From an uncultured bacterium (GTDB lineage: Bacteria; Krumholzibacteriota; Krumholzibacteriia; LZORAL124-64-63): a stretch of 64,000 nucleotides of DNA. Each line of letters starts with the position of its first letter. Position 1 is the stretch's first letter. Under the pieces are notes generated by a model. The model ran no database searches, was not told where the DNA came from, and saw only the letters and a program-made list of their open reading frames with translations. Both the position numbers and the translations under genes were made by a program. This document shows positions 20,318 through 31,209 of the stretch, in pieces. The stretch is taken from NCBI GenBank assembly GCA_963732385.1, contig CAVSZB010000007.1, forward strand, positions 1,312,001 to 1,376,000, given 5' to 3'.

Positions 20318-22525
20318 TCATCCATGGACCGTTGGCTCGGGGGTCATCAGCCACCGCGTGACACAAGCTGCCAGCGTTGCCGCCTTCACGGGTTTGGCAA
20401 GGTAGTCATCCATGCCAGCCTGCAGGCAGCGTTCGGTATCGCTCTTCATGGCGGCCGCGGTCAATCCTATGATCCGGACGCCGGAATTCCGCACCTCGCG
20501 GGCGCCGGCCCGGATCAGCCGGGTCGCCTCGATCCCGTCCAGTTCCGGCATCTGAACGTCCATGAGCACGAGATCGTACGACTCGCGGGCCAGGGCAGCC
20601 AGAGCCTTGTTCCCGTCATCGACGACATCGACCCGGTGGCCGAGCTTTTCTACGTACCGCCGGGTGACCATCTGATTGACCGGATTATCCTCGACGACCA
20701 GCACGCGAGAGGGCGGGGCTTCAGTCCTCGGTCCCGCCGGCGGTTCCCCGACCGCCGCCTCGTCAGGCAGGTCGGCAGCCCGATCGAGAGCGATCGTGAA
20801 CCAGAAAGTGGAGCCTCGCCCCGGTTCGCTGGTGCAACCGATCGTGCCCTGCATCAGTTCGACAAGTTGCTTCGAGATGGCAAGGCCCAGCCCCGTCCCG
20901 CCGTACCGCCGCGTGATGCTGGTGTCGGCCTGAATGAAGGAAGCGAACAGAGCGTCCAGTTTCCCCGGCGCGACGCCGGGGCCGGTGTCGGTCACCGTGA
21001 AGCAGAGCCGATCCGTCCGGGCTGATCCGCGGTCGCGATCGACCTTCACGGTCACGCTGCCGGCTTCCGTGAACTTGACTGCGTTTCCGGCCAGGTTGAC
21101 CAGGATCTGCCGGAGACGATACGGATCACCCCGCCACCGGGCGTCGACCTCCGCATCGATCAGCCAGGAAAGAGACAACCCCTTGGCGCGGGCCTGGCAT
21201 GCCAGCGGTTCAAGGCTGGTCGACAACACATCACGCAGCGAGAATGCGATGTCCTCGATTTCGAGTTGTCCGGCCTCGATCTTCGAGAAATCAAGGATGT
21301 CGTTGATCACGACGAGCAGCGACTCCGCACTGGCCTGCACCGTGTGCGCGTAGTCCAGTTGCTGGGGCTGCAGGGGCGTGTCGAGCAGCAGATTGGTCAT
21401 GCCGAGCACGCCATTGAGCGGGGTGCGGATTTCATGGCTCATGTTGGCCAGGAACAGGCTCTTGGCGTGGTCGGCCGACTCGGCCGCGATCCGGGCCCTG
21501 CGCCACTTGTCCTCCAGCGTCTCCACCGTGGCGATCAGGTCGTTGACCCCTCTGCTCAACGCGCCGAGTTCATCCTGGCGATGGTCCGCCATCCGCAGGG
21601 AGAAGTCCTCTGTGCCTGCCACCCTGCGCAGGCCCGCATCCAGGCGCCGGACACGTATCAGGACCATCCGCTCGAGGGCGAATAGGACCAGCGCCAGCAG
21701 CACGAGGCCAAGGGCCAGGACCGTCGACGTGACGATCGTCGCCAGCCGGCGGCCGGAATTGCGCATTTCGCGCGGCACGCTGGCGACAAGCCGCAGCAAT
21801 GATCGGCCGTTGATGTCCGCCAATTCGGTCCACACCGCAAGAGTCTGCGTGCCCCGAGGCTGAAAGTGCGCCGCGGTGTCGGGCGGGACAGCGGACACGG
21901 CGGGGGAAACGTCGAATCGGACGTGCGCCTGACCGCCGAGGGCCGCGACCAGTTCCGAATCGAGCAGCCGTCCCATGATCACGCACCCACGGCCTGGGCC
22001 CTGGCCGGCGCTGGTGAGAATCGGCTTCGCCGCCATCAGCAGGGGACCGCGGGGCGTTCCAATCAGACCCGCCACGTTGCCAGTGCGAAGGATCCCGAGC
22101 ATCACCGGATCATCGTCGGGCAGGGCGCCGCCCGGAAATCCAAGGCTCGGCACGAAGTCCCGCACGGTGCGATCGTAGTGCCTGGACATGACGACCGTAC
22201 CGGCAGTGTCGACGATCGCGATCAAATTGATGGAGAGATTGCGTGCGGTCTCCGGCAGGATGTTGCTTTCAATGTATTCCGGATTGCGATCGCGCACGAA
22301 GGAGTAGGTTTCATCCCAGGTGGCATAGTCACTGGCCACCGCACCCAACATCGCAACTTCGCGCTGGAGGATTCCCCGACAGCGGGCGAGATCCCGGGTC
22401 GCGGCGCGTTGCTCCAATTCGCTCAGTCCGGGATCAACGATGAAGTGCCGCACGGCGGCAATGCCACCGACGAACATGCAGCACGCGCCGCCAAACAGCA
22501 GCGCCGTCTTGAGGCTCAGAGACAT
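20318..22525 (-). CDS. Hybrid sensor histidine kinase (CHASE4-HAMP-HisKA-HATPase-REC)
   Basis: DYATWDETY (CHASE4), two TM segments, [35 protein letters not shown]. Confidence 0.92.
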   Translation of the reverse strand: MSLSLKTALLFGGACCMFVGGIAAVRHFIVDPGLSELEQRAATRDLARCRGILQREVAMLGAVASDYATWDETYSFVRDRNPEYIESNILPETARNLSINLIAIVDTAGTVVMSRHYDRTVRDFVPSLGFPGGALPDDDPVMLGILRTGNVAGLIGTPRGPLLMAAKPILTSAGQGPGRGCVIMGRLLDSELVAALGGQAHVRFDVSPAVSAVPPDTAAHFQPRGTQTLAVWTELADINGRSLLRLVASVPREMRNSGRRLATIVTSTVLALGLVLLALVLFALERMVLIRVRRLDAGLRRVAGTEDFSLRMADHRQDELGALSRGVNDLIATVETLEDKWRRARIAAESADHAKSLFLANMSHEIRTPLNGVLGMTNLLLDTPLQPQQLDYAHTVQASAESLLVVINDILDFSKIEAGQLEIEDIAFSLRDVLSTSLEPLACQARAKGLSLSWLIDAEVDARWRGDPYRLRQILVNLAGNAVKFTEAGSVTVKVDRDRGSARTDRLCFTVTDTGPGVAPGKLDALFASFIQADTSITRRYGGTGLGLAISKQLVELMQGTIGCTSEPGRGSTFWFTIALDRAADLPDEAAVGEPPAGPRTEAPPSRVLVVEDNPVNQMVTRRYVEKLGHRVDVVDDGNKALAALARESYDLVLMDVQMPELDGIEATRLIRAGAREVRNSGVRIIGLTAAAMKSDTERCLQAGMDDYLAKPVKAATLAACVTRWLMTPEPTVHG

Positions 22526-22597
22526 GGGCGAGGCAGTCCTTATTGCATCTTGTCGGCCGGTATGGCCACACCGACTTACGACCGACCATTGTCAATG

Positions 22598-22624
22598 CTA
22601 TCGACAAGAAATTCGGCAACTTGA
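22598..22624 (-). promoter_or_regulatory. sigma28-like promoter
   Basis: TCAA-N15-GTCGATAG, about 73 bp upstream of the kinase ATG. Confidence 0.6.
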
Positions 22625-22709
22625 ACGGGTCGTGCGGCCGCCGGGGGGGCGATTCGGAAAGGGCAGAACGCTCCGATCGGACCATGACAAGAGCCGAACA
22701 AAAGCCGAA

Positions 22710-22734
22710 GCCCCGACCGTCATGCAGTCGGGGC
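22710..22734 (-). terminator. Hairpin downstream of the lipoprotein gene
   Basis: GCCCCGAC-N9-GTCGGGGC followed on the minus strand by TTCGGCTTTT. Confidence 0.5.
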
Positions 22735-22773
22735 CTCTGTCAATCTCGCCAATGGAGCCCTGCCTGCGCGGGC

Positions 22774-23187
22774 TTACGTCTGCTTCTGCACCCGGAAGTT
22801 GACCGCGGCGGCGAACACCCGCTCGAAGACAATCTCGATTGTCCAGGCGCCCGTCGTACCGGCCGTCGTAACGAAAGTCCCGTTCTCCGCCAGGTTGCGG
22901 GAGTAGACCTCAATTCCCGCCGAATCCTTGACCACAAGCGTCGCGGTGCCGCCGGTGATGCTGCAGGACTGGTTCACGGTCGCCGTCGTTCCGGTGTTCT
23001 GCCAGGTGTAGGACCAGGAGCCAGAGCCACCGTGAAGCGATGAGGTCTGAAACTGAAAGTTGTCGGTCAGGTTGGCGATCTCCGGCTGGATGCCCGGGGC
23101 CGTGCTGCTGGTGCAGCCAATGAGCGCGGCCGCGATGACCAGCCCCAGGGCAAAGCCTCGCCGGGCTTTCGTCGATCTCAACTTCAT
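22774..23187 (-). CDS. Small beta-rich lipoprotein of unknown function
   Basis: GGAGG RBS; basic N-terminus, hydrophobic stretch and LIGC lipobox; Thr/Gly-rich body. Confidence 0.75.
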   Translation of the reverse strand: MKLRSTKARRGFALGLVIAAALIGCTSSTAPGIQPEIANLTDNFQFQTSSLHGGSGSWSYTWQNTGTTATVNQSCSITGGTATLVVKDSAGIEVYSRNLAENGTFVTTAGTTGAWTIEIVFERVFAAAVNFRVQKQT

Positions 23188-23565
23188 GCGCACCTCCGAA
23201 TAGGAATGACCCTTCGGGATACGATAGCCACATCATCGACACGCCGCCCCTCGCGCCGAGCCGCCCCTGGAAATTGCCCTCCTGCACGCTCCGCACGGTC
23301 CTCGTCAACCCGACCTACCGCGGACTCATGGTTCGCCCCGCCCTCCGCCCACATAGAGTCAAAATTCGCGGCCAGGGGCGACGAATCAGGACTCTATGTA
23401 CGCTGATATTCGCCAGACCATCCCAGGTTGAGGACCGAGAAGCAATGAACAACGGGGACGGCACCAACTGCAGCGGTGAGAGCGACGGCGGCGGCAGGCA
23501 CGATCGACAGCAGCGACAGCGTAGATGCACCGTCGTCTCTGGGTGGGCCGCAATCACGTAATGAT

Positions 23566-25473
23566 CTACTGACCCACTGTTGCCGTGCCTGCTTCGTTGC
23601 GCACGGTGATCGCGGTGCCCAGGTTCACGACTTCGGGGTAGCTGCCGCCGCGGATCACGAGGGTGTCGCCGGCGATGCAGGCGAAGTGGCCCTCGGTGAC
23701 GGTGTTGAATGGGTGCAGCGCCGTGCCGTCCTCCCATCCGGTCGTGTTCAGGCGGTCCACGTAGATGGTGTGGATGGTCGGCGGGCGATCGCGCTCGCGG
23801 CCGAACCAGATGTAGCGGACGCGGGCGTCGGAGTCGGCCGTGCCCCCCTGCATGTAGATGCCGCTGCCCCCCCAGGTGTTGCCATAGGGGACGTTGCGGC
23901 AGGTGGTCAGGTAGTCGCCCCAGCGCTCGCCGATGGGGCCGTCGGTGCCCGACGCCATCATGTAGAGCGTGAGCCCCGCGAACGAATTGCCGTTGACGTC
24001 ATCGACGATCCAGGAGGCCGCGGTCGGGTAGAGGGTCGGGCCGCCCAGAGCGACGTTGCCGGCCACGTGGCCGCGGTCGTTGGGGTGGACGGACGGGTAT
24101 AGCACGCCGAAATCGGTGCTCCAGATCGCGTTCTGGCCGACGAAGGTGCGGTCCGACTCGCGGAAGCGGATCACCTGCACGTTCGGGTAGGGGTACCCGC
24201 CCCCCTGGCGCGATGGCACCATGAAGCCGAGCGTGCCGGCGGCGTCCCAGGCGCCCCAGATCCAGTTGTCGCTCCAGCGGGCCCAGTCGAGACCGTCGGG
24301 GCCGGGGGCCGTCATGGCGTTGACGGTGCCGGGAGCCCCGTAGAGGAAGCCGTTGTGGTCGCGATCGACGTAGTCGAGGACGCCGTTCTCCTCCTGCCAG
24401 CGGAAGATCCGCATGTTGATCGTCGTGCGGTGGGCGCCGAAGTACATGGAGGTGGTGGCGCCGTGGGTGCCGCGCATCCCGTGGACGTCCTCGGAGACGA
24501 ACCAGCTGTAGGAGATCGGCTGGCCGCGCGACATCTCGTTCAGGGGGTAGCGGGCCACCAGCGTGCGGGTCGGCGGCACGATGTCCTTCAGCGCGTCCAC
24601 ATCCGCGGAGCCAGAGAGCGGCACCTGGCACTCCGGGTGCTCGATCGGGTCGGGGTCTTTCCAGTCCAGCAGCTTTGTGATGTGGTACAGGTAGTTGTTG
24701 CTCACGCACAGGTAGGGGAAGTCCATCCAGTATCCGTGGTCCGGATAGCCGAAGCTGGCCGGCGTGAAGTCGTAGATGAACCAGTCGTTGTCGGTCATCG
24801 CCTGCTGGCCGGCGGCGACCGCGATGCGCTGGACGTTCGTGTCCTGCGTGATGCAGTTCACGTGGTAGAGGAGCAGCCAGAAGTAGGCGCTGCGCGTGCG
24901 GTCGTAGTAGACGACCTGGTCGCAGCAGAGGGGCGAGTCCAGCACGAGATCGGTCACGCCATCGTGGGGAAAGTTGTCGGACGCGTTGCGGAAGGTGAAC
25001 GTCTGGCCGTAATCGCCCGACACGGTCGCATAGAAATTCCCGGCCCAGAAGACGGTCCGCCCGGCCACGCCGAAGCTCGGCTCGTTCACGAACCCGCCGC
25101 GCCCACCCATCTCCGTCGGGCCGATCGTGGTGAGGCGGAAGGCGGCGAAGTCGGTCGGGGCGCGCTTGGCGGCCGGGTCCATGGAGACATAGTTGAGGGT
25201 CACCGGCGGATCGGCCGGCGCGAACGCGGCGGCATCGAAGCGAGGGTCGATCGGAATCGGCGTGCCGTCGGCCTCCGGGGTCAGGCGACTGCAGAGCGGG
25301 CAGCCGGCCAGCACGCCCATGCCGTCGGGCGACGTCATCGGGCCGCCCGACATCCGGGTCGGCTGCAGGTAGCCGCTGCCGGTCTCGATGATCACCGGCT
25401 GAGCCGTCAGCGGTGCGTCGGCACCCAGGATGGCCGCGGCGCAGGCCAAAGCGGCCAGGAACGAGCGTCTCAT
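23566..25473 (-). CDS. Secreted protein of unknown function with a C-terminal DUF1565-like stub
   Basis: Signal peptide; aromatic/Gly-rich body with RWGDY; ends IYVD..GTALHPFNTV..AGDTLVIRGGSYPE. Confidence 0.75.
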   Translation of the reverse strand: MRRSFLAALACAAAILGADAPLTAQPVIIETGSGYLQPTRMSGGPMTSPDGMGVLAGCPLCSRLTPEADGTPIPIDPRFDAAAFAPADPPVTLNYVSMDPAAKRAPTDFAAFRLTTIGPTEMGGRGGFVNEPSFGVAGRTVFWAGNFYATVSGDYGQTFTFRNASDNFPHDGVTDLVLDSPLCCDQVVYYDRTRSAYFWLLLYHVNCITQDTNVQRIAVAAGQQAMTDNDWFIYDFTPASFGYPDHGYWMDFPYLCVSNNYLYHITKLLDWKDPDPIEHPECQVPLSGSADVDALKDIVPPTRTLVARYPLNEMSRGQPISYSWFVSEDVHGMRGTHGATTSMYFGAHRTTINMRIFRWQEENGVLDYVDRDHNGFLYGAPGTVNAMTAPGPDGLDWARWSDNWIWGAWDAAGTLGFMVPSRQGGGYPYPNVQVIRFRESDRTFVGQNAIWSTDFGVLYPSVHPNDRGHVAGNVALGGPTLYPTAASWIVDDVNGNSFAGLTLYMMASGTDGPIGERWGDYLTTCRNVPYGNTWGGSGIYMQGGTADSDARVRYIWFGRERDRPPTIHTIYVDRLNTTGWEDGTALHPFNTVTEGHFACIAGDTLVIRGGSYPEVVNLGTAITVRNEAGTATVGQ

Positions 25474-25488
25474 CGGACTCCCCCCCGC

Positions 25489-26697
25489 CTATTGCAGGCT
25501 GACCAGGACCAGGACCAGGCCGCTGCCGGCATCCAGCCGCGTCATCGCCTTGCCGATGATCGCCCCCTGAGCCCGCGCGTGGTCGACGACCTTCGCCGCG
25601 TGGCCGGGCGTGTCGGACGTGGTGAGCAGGTCGCCCGGCATGATCGGGCCATGCGACGCGTCGCAGCGCACCCAGGCGCGCCCGCTCAGCGCCAGCGGCA
25701 GCGCCTCTGCGTCCGTCGCGCCGGCGCCGAGCACCGCCCCCGCGCTCAGCCCGTTGGCGCCGCTGACGATGCCGGCGACGCGCCGGTCGTAGGCGCCGGC
25801 CGCGAGGCGGAGCCCGCCCGGCCGGTCCGGGTCGATCGCCACCACCATTCCGGGCTCGATGCTTCCGCTGACGGGGAAGTTCTCCGCCAGATCGGCGCCG
25901 CCGGTGATCTGCAGGACGTACACCCGCGCCGTGCCGGCGACGTCGAGCTTCGCCAGCGGCGTAACCGTGCCGATGCCGACGTTGCCGGTGCCATACTTCA
26001 CCATGAACTCCGGCCCGGTGCCGACCGCCGTGTCGTCGATGACGAAGGAGTAGCCCTCCTGGCTGGAATCGCCGTCGGTCTCAGGCACGCCGATGTCCCA
26101 GATCCGGTTCGAGCCCTGCGTCCCGGAGCGCGAAGCGAGGCGGATCATGCCTTCCGCGTTCGGCACCGTGTTGTTGCCGACCTGCAGCTTCTTGCCCGGC
26201 GCGGTCGTACCGATGCCGACGTTGCCGGACACCCCGGAGTACATATTCACACCGCTGATGGTCCAGTCGGCGTCAGGAGTGCCGACACCGGCCGTGTGCA
26301 CAGCCGAATCGGCGACGGCCGCGCGCAGCGCATAGGCCGCGGCGGTGAAGCGCGTCCGCGGCTGCATCTCGACGTCGCCATCCACCCGGATCCCCAGCCA
26401 ACGCGGCTGAGAAAAAAGGTAGTCGTCGATCGGCGAGAACCGTCCGAGGATCAGGTTGAACAGCCCTTGGTGCACCGGCACGTTCGTGTGTGTCTCCATC
26501 CAGACGACCGGGACCGACCCGACGCTGTCGAAATAGGCCGTGAAAACGAGCGTGTGCGTGCCCTCGAGCGGCTGGCCCGTGGCGTCGGCCAGGATCCCCT
26601 GGTAGTTGAGCAGGTATGGTACCGCGGCCGTGACGGTCCCGGCCAGCAGCGCCACCTGCAACAGCGCCCAGAGCATAGAAATGCGTCGCATCGACAT
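25489..26697 (-). CDS. Secreted fibre-like protein with GNVGIGT repeats and a C-terminal intramolecular-chaperone-like domain
   Basis: VPYLLNYQGILAD..G.P N-domain; two GNVGIGT repeats; GADLAENF..PGMVV..YDRRVAGIVSG..PGDLLTTS..GAIIGKAM. Confidence 0.75.
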   Translation of the reverse strand: MSMRRISMLWALLQVALLAGTVTAAVPYLLNYQGILADATGQPLEGTHTLVFTAYFDSVGSVPVVWMETHTNVPVHQGLFNLILGRFSPIDDYLFSQPRWLGIRVDGDVEMQPRTRFTAAAYALRAAVADSAVHTAGVGTPDADWTISGVNMYSGVSGNVGIGTTAPGKKLQVGNNTVPNAEGMIRLASRSGTQGSNRIWDIGVPETDGDSSQEGYSFVIDDTAVGTGPEFMVKYGTGNVGIGTVTPLAKLDVAGTARVYVLQITGGADLAENFPVSGSIEPGMVVAIDPDRPGGLRLAAGAYDRRVAGIVSGANGLSAGAVLGAGATDAEALPLALSGRAWVRCDASHGPIMPGDLLTTSDTPGHAAKVVDHARAQGAIIGKAMTRLDAGSGLVLVLVSLQ

Positions 26698-26711
26698 AAT
26701 CGTGCCCCCCG

Positions 26712-27305
26712 TCACTTGATCATTACGAGCTTCGTGGTCTCCAGGTGGTCGAGCGTTTCGAGCCGGCAGATGTAGAGACCCGACGCGACCGGTCGACCGG
26801 CGTCGTCGCGCCCGTCCCAGATCGCGTTAAAGCGGCCGGCGGGGCGCACCTCGCCGACCAGTCGCCGCAGGCGCAATCCGCGTATGTCGTGGATGGAGAG
26901 GCGCACGAAGCCGGCCTCCCCGATCTCGAAGGCGATGGTCGTGGACGGATTGAATGGGTTCGGATGACCCGGGAACAGCCGGGACACCGGCAACGGCCCC
27001 TCGGGCGCGGCCGTGAAGTAGGAATCGCCCAGCCACCAGCCCCAGAAGCCGGCGTAGAGGATGCTCTGATTCGACGTCGACAGGACGACAGGGGTCGGCT
27101 GCCCCGCGGTCCCGACGCAGGAGAAGTTCGGGCTGGCGGCGGGCGCCCCGCCGGCGCCGAACACGGAGGAGACGAGAGTGACGCCGGTGGCGGCCACGGC
27201 CGTAACTGCGGCCGGCCCGTCCGCCGCGGGTGGCCCCGCCAGCCCCCGCCCGGGCAACCACGACACGGTGAGCGTCAAGACGACAAGAGCGACTCTTCCG
27301 TCCAT
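26712..27305 (-). CDS. Short secreted protein with a C-terminal FlgD-Ig sorting-like domain
   Basis: Signal peptide; SVFGAGG..GTAGQP..YAGFW; HPNPFNPSTTI..WDGRDDAG..VASGLY. Confidence 0.8.
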   Translation of the reverse strand: MDGRVALVVLTLTVSWLPGRGLAGPPAADGPAAVTAVAATGVTLVSSVFGAGGAPAASPNFSCVGTAGQPTPVVLSTSNQSILYAGFWGWWLGDSYFTAAPEGPLPVSRLFPGHPNPFNPSTTIAFEIGEAGFVRLSIHDIRGLRLRRLVGEVRPAGRFNAIWDGRDDAGRPVASGLYICRLETLDHLETTKLVMIK

Positions 27306-27663
27306 CGCGCAGCCCCCCCCGGCGCACAGACCATACGGATGATCAGACTTGTCTGGTATTCTAGCACGGGCGACAGGGGGCAGGTAGCCGTTATCGGGAC
27401 GGCGGCTCGGCGGGATCAACACGAGGTTCGCGCCGTACTTCCGGATCTGCCGTCGCCAGGGCGGACCGCGTCATTCCCCGTACCCCCTTGACCGCCCGTC
27501 CTTCCGCGACATGGCCGCGTTCATTCCTGGCGTGCCGGTTGATCGCGAAAGCCGGGATATGGTGATGAATCCGCTCCGGCAGTCCGTCCCTGCCTGCGCA
27601 ATTCCCCCATCCCAGCTACCCGTCCGGTGAGTCAGCCGCCGCTGCAAAGATTGATAATCCCTC

Positions 27664-27690
27664 TCAAGGTCCGGACTTGATGATCGATAA
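27664..27690 (+). promoter_or_regulatory. sigma28-like promoter
   Basis: TCAA-N15-ATCGATAA, about 80 bp upstream of the kinase ATG. Confidence 0.55.
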
Positions 27691-27770
27691 GACGGCGGGG
27701 GACCAGTTCCGGAATGCTCGCTGACATCTGCGGCAGGACGGCGGCTTTCGCCAGCAAGGGAAACACTGCG

Positions 27771-30050
27771 ATGCGCCTGGTCGAGTCCGTGGCAGACTGG
27801 GGTTCCGCCGCATTGCTGCGCAAGGTTCAGGTCGAACTCGCGCAGCGCATGCGGATCGGCTCGATCCTGTACGCCTTCACCGCCCTGACACTCCTTTTCT
27901 TCACGAATTGGCGCCATCATCCCGACCCGCTCGGCAAACTGCTGGTGGGAGCCATCGTCGCGCTCAGCGTCGCACGCTGGCTGCTCTGCCACACCGTGGC
28001 CTCTCCCACGGCCGATCACTCCGACCGCAACTGGCTCTGGCTGAACCTCGTCACTCCTCTGCTCTCCTTCGGCTACGGACTGCTTCTGGGCGCCTCGATG
28101 CTGATTTTCGGGCTGTCGAGCACGACCCAGCTCGCCCTCATGTTCTTTTGTGCCTTCGCCACGGGAATCCTGCCGGCCATGGCGCCGAGCCGCCGGCTCC
28201 TGCTTTCCGCCGAGGTGGCGCTTTTCATGCCGGCTCTGGTCGCCGCCTGCCTGACGACGCCACCCCTCTATCCCGTCCTCACCCTGGGGCTGATCTACTT
28301 CGGGTATCTGCTCTCGCAGGGCGTGGTTCAGCATCGGCAGTTTCGCCAGTTGATCCAGGCGAACGAGATGCTCCGCGAGCGGACCGACCAGTTGAGTGGG
28401 GCCAACGCCCGCGCGGAGCAGGCCAACCACGCCAAGGGCGAGTTTCTGGCGAACATGAGTCACGAGATCCGCACGCCCATGAATGGCGTGATCGGGATGA
28501 CCGGTCTCCTGCTGGACACGGACCTGTCCCCCGAGCAGAAGCAATACGTCAACATCGTTCGCACCAGCGGCGAGGCGCTGCTGACGCTCATCAATGACAT
28601 CCTGGATTTTTCGAAGATCGAGGCCCGCAAGCTCGATATGGAAACGCTGGATTTCGATCTGCGCGTGACCATCGAGGGCCTCGCCGAACTGCTTTCCATC
28701 AAGGCCGCGGAGAAGGGGTTGAGCCTGGCCTGTCTGGTCGAGCCCGAGGTCCCCGTGCTCCTCCGTGGGGATCCCGGTCGATTGCGCCAGGTCTGCCTCA
28801 ACCTGGTCGGCAACTCCATCAAGTTCACACAGGAGGGCCGAGTCACGCTCCGGGCGAGCCTTGATGACGAGGATGATCGGCACGCGACCGTGCGCTTCGT
28901 CGTGACAGACACGGGCATGGGCATCCCGGCCGACAGACAACAACAGATCTTCTCCTCTTTCACGCAGGGGGACGGCTCCATCACCCGCAAGTACGGTGGC
29001 ACGGGCCTGGGCCTGGCCATCTCCAAGCAACTGGCTGAATTGATGGGTGGAACCATCGGTATCGAAAGCGCGGAGGGCCGAGGAGCAAGTTTCTGGTTCA
29101 CCGCCAGGTTCGAGAAGCAGCCTACCGGTCGGTCGCCCATGCCGGAATCGCTGGCCGAACTGGCCGGGGCGCGGGTACTGGTGGTCGATGGCCGCGATAA
29201 GAACCGATCCCTGCTGACGGCCCTGCTCGACGGCTGGGGCTGTCGTTCCGCCGGAGCCCCGCATGACGAAGCGGCTCTGGATATGCTGCAGAAGGCGTTC
29301 CGCGACGGTGAGCCATACGACGCGGCCCTGCTCGAACTGGACATGTCCACGCCGGACTGCGTACGCCTCGGCCGCTGGATCAAGGAGAATCCGGAGATCG
29401 GCGCCACGCGGTTGATCGCGATGACCTCCCTGGGCATGAGGGGCGATTCGGCGCGCATCGAGGCGTTGGGCTTCGACGCCTACCTGACGGCACCCCTGCA
29501 GGAGACGGAGTTGCGCGAATGTCTGAGGCTCGTGCTGGGGCGTGGCGAGATGCCACAAGCAGGTCTTGTCACACGGCATACGATCTCCGAAGCACGCCGG
29601 AGCCGGGTCCGCATCCTGCTGGCGGAGGACAATGCAGTGAATCAACTGGTGGCGGTGAAGATGCTCGAGAAGATGGGCTATCGGGCCGATGCGGTGGCCA
29701 ACGGGCATGAGGTCCTCGCCGTCGCGCAGCACATTCCCTACGATCTGGTGCTGATGGACTGCCAGATGCCCGAGATGGACGGCCTCGAGGCCACCCGCCA
29801 CATCCGCGATCCGCAGTCCGCGGTTCTCGATCACCAGGTGCCCATCATCGCCCTGACGGCCCACGCCATGAAGAGCGACCGCGACAGGTGCCTGGAGGCG
29901 GGGATGAGCGACTATCTCAGCAAGCCGGTGCAGGTTACAGACCTGGCCGCGGTCCTCGATCGCTGGCTGGACAGGACGGGCAGGGAGTCGGAGCAGGAGA
30001 GCGCGGCTCCCGCTGCCGGGCTGCCTCCGCACGTGGCAGCAGAGGTCTGA
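27771..30050 (+). CDS. Hybrid sensor histidine kinase (multi-TM sensor, HisKA, HATPase, degenerate REC, REC)
   Basis: [22 protein letters not shown]; first REC has ALLELDMS (Glu at the phospho-Asp position), second has [13 protein letters not shown]. Confidence 0.92.
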   Translation: MRLVESVADWGSAALLRKVQVELAQRMRIGSILYAFTALTLLFFTNWRHHPDPLGKLLVGAIVALSVARWLLCHTVASPTADHSDRNWLWLNLVTPLLSFGYGLLLGASMLIFGLSSTTQLALMFFCAFATGILPAMAPSRRLLLSAEVALFMPALVAACLTTPPLYPVLTLGLIYFGYLLSQGVVQHRQFRQLIQANEMLRERTDQLSGANARAEQANHAKGEFLANMSHEIRTPMNGVIGMTGLLLDTDLSPEQKQYVNIVRTSGEALLTLINDILDFSKIEARKLDMETLDFDLRVTIEGLAELLSIKAAEKGLSLACLVEPEVPVLLRGDPGRLRQVCLNLVGNSIKFTQEGRVTLRASLDDEDDRHATVRFVVTDTGMGIPADRQQQIFSSFTQGDGSITRKYGGTGLGLAISKQLAELMGGTIGIESAEGRGASFWFTARFEKQPTGRSPMPESLAELAGARVLVVDGRDKNRSLLTALLDGWGCRSAGAPHDEAALDMLQKAFRDGEPYDAALLELDMSTPDCVRLGRWIKENPEIGATRLIAMTSLGMRGDSARIEALGFDAYLTAPLQETELRECLRLVLGRGEMPQAGLVTRHTISEARRSRVRILLAEDNAVNQLVAVKMLEKMGYRADAVANGHEVLAVAQHIPYDLVLMDCQMPEMDGLEATRHIRDPQSAVLDHQVPIIALTAHAMKSDRDRCLEAGMSDYLSKPVQVTDLAAVLDRWLDRTGRESEQESAAPAAGLPPHVAAEV

Positions 30051-30257
30051 CCCCTGCCCCCTACGTGAGATACAGAAACCCCGATCCGCTACAGACCGAG
30101 GCGCCCGTCAACTTCTCTGCCAGCCGTTGCGTTGAATTTCACGCGGTAGCGCGTAACGGCGGACACCCCCGTCATGGACTGCCGGTTCAGAAGAAGAGTC
30201 AGCGACGCCAGTCCGACCCGACGATCTGCTGACGCGCGTTTTCGACAACTGCCGGTG

Positions 30258-30381
30258 CGAATCAGGAGGTGACCGACCACGATGACGGCTTCGTCCGCCA
30301 CCAGGAAAGGACTGTCAGCGCAGGCACTTCGCAACTTGTCGACGATATCCGCTTCGGCAGGCTGCCCGAAGGCCTTCACGC
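30258..30381 (-). pseudogene. N-terminal remnant of a YhbS-like GNAT acetyltransferase
   Basis: KAFGQPAEADIVDKLRSAC...LVA...VVGHLL, after which similarity is lost; no start codon. Confidence 0.5.
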
Positions 30382-30858
30382 GAGCGGATAGTCCAGCCCG
30401 GAGCACGGCTTGCCCAACAGCCGGCACATCGCGGTGATCTGTCCCTGGTGGTGATAGAGGTGCGTCAGCGTGCGCATGACCACCTGCGCCGGGACCAGCA
30501 TCCGCTCCCGGTTTCCCCACGTCATCATCGTGCGGGCGGTGTTCAACTCCTCCGTCGAGACGGCGCGCAGGTAGGCCTCGGTCGCAGCGAAGGCCCGCTC
30601 GCGGTCGGCCTCAAGCAACGCCACCGTGGGATACGCGGCAGCGTCCTCATCGACTTCGACGCGCCCCTGCAGTACGCCGATCCAGTACTTCTCGGCGCTG
30701 ATTCCGTGGTGCAGCTGCAGCCGCACCGTGGGATACCCGAAGCCGGGCAGATCGCGGTTCAACTCCGCGACTTCGAGTTCACGGCAGTGCGCCAGCAGTG
30801 CGATCAGGCCGCGATGGCTGCGTTCGTGGAGATCAAGCAGGGCGGCGGAGGTGTGCAT
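30376..30858 (-). CDS. DinB family protein
   Basis: TVRLQLHH..AEKYWI and THLYHHQGQITAMCRLLG. Confidence 0.85.
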   Translation of the reverse strand: MHTSAALLDLHERSHRGLIALLAHCRELEVAELNRDLPGFGYPTVRLQLHHGISAEKYWIGVLQGRVEVDEDAAAYPTVALLEADRERAFAATEAYLRAVSTEELNTARTMMTWGNRERMLVPAQVVMRTLTHLYHHQGQITAMCRLLGKPCSGLDYPLA

Positions 30859-31209
30859 CGGTACTCCCTGGTTCCGCGCCCGGATCGGGGAACTGCACCG
30901 TGCCCTTCCCCGTGCCCACCGACCGCACGACCAACGTGCCGGCCACCTTGTCATGCAAACCCTGCTTGCGCTGATCGAATGCGACCCAAAGGTAGACGGG
31001 ACATATCATAGCTGAAACAAGGGTGCAGACCAGGCGGACCACCAACTGCCCCACGGAGGCCTTGCCGCCGGTGGCTGCGTCGACGATCCGCGCGCCAACG
31101 GCCATCTTCCCGGGCGTGGCCTGCTTGTAGATCCAATAAAGGAGAATCACGAGGGGGTAGGGAAGACCCGCCAACAGGGGGCCGTCCTCCTTAAGCGAGT
31201 ATGACGGGT

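Noticed and set aside
27520..27640. c-di-GMP-I riboswitch-like fragments (GAAA loop, CCAGCTACC) upstream of the kinase
   Set aside because: The conserved core and pairing could not be built by eye; an Infernal search would be needed.
30236..30254. Possible IS-end remnant (GGCAGTTGTCGAAAACGC, minus strand) where the GNAT fragment stops
   Set aside because: Only loose similarity to the IS5 inverted repeat and no partner end was found.
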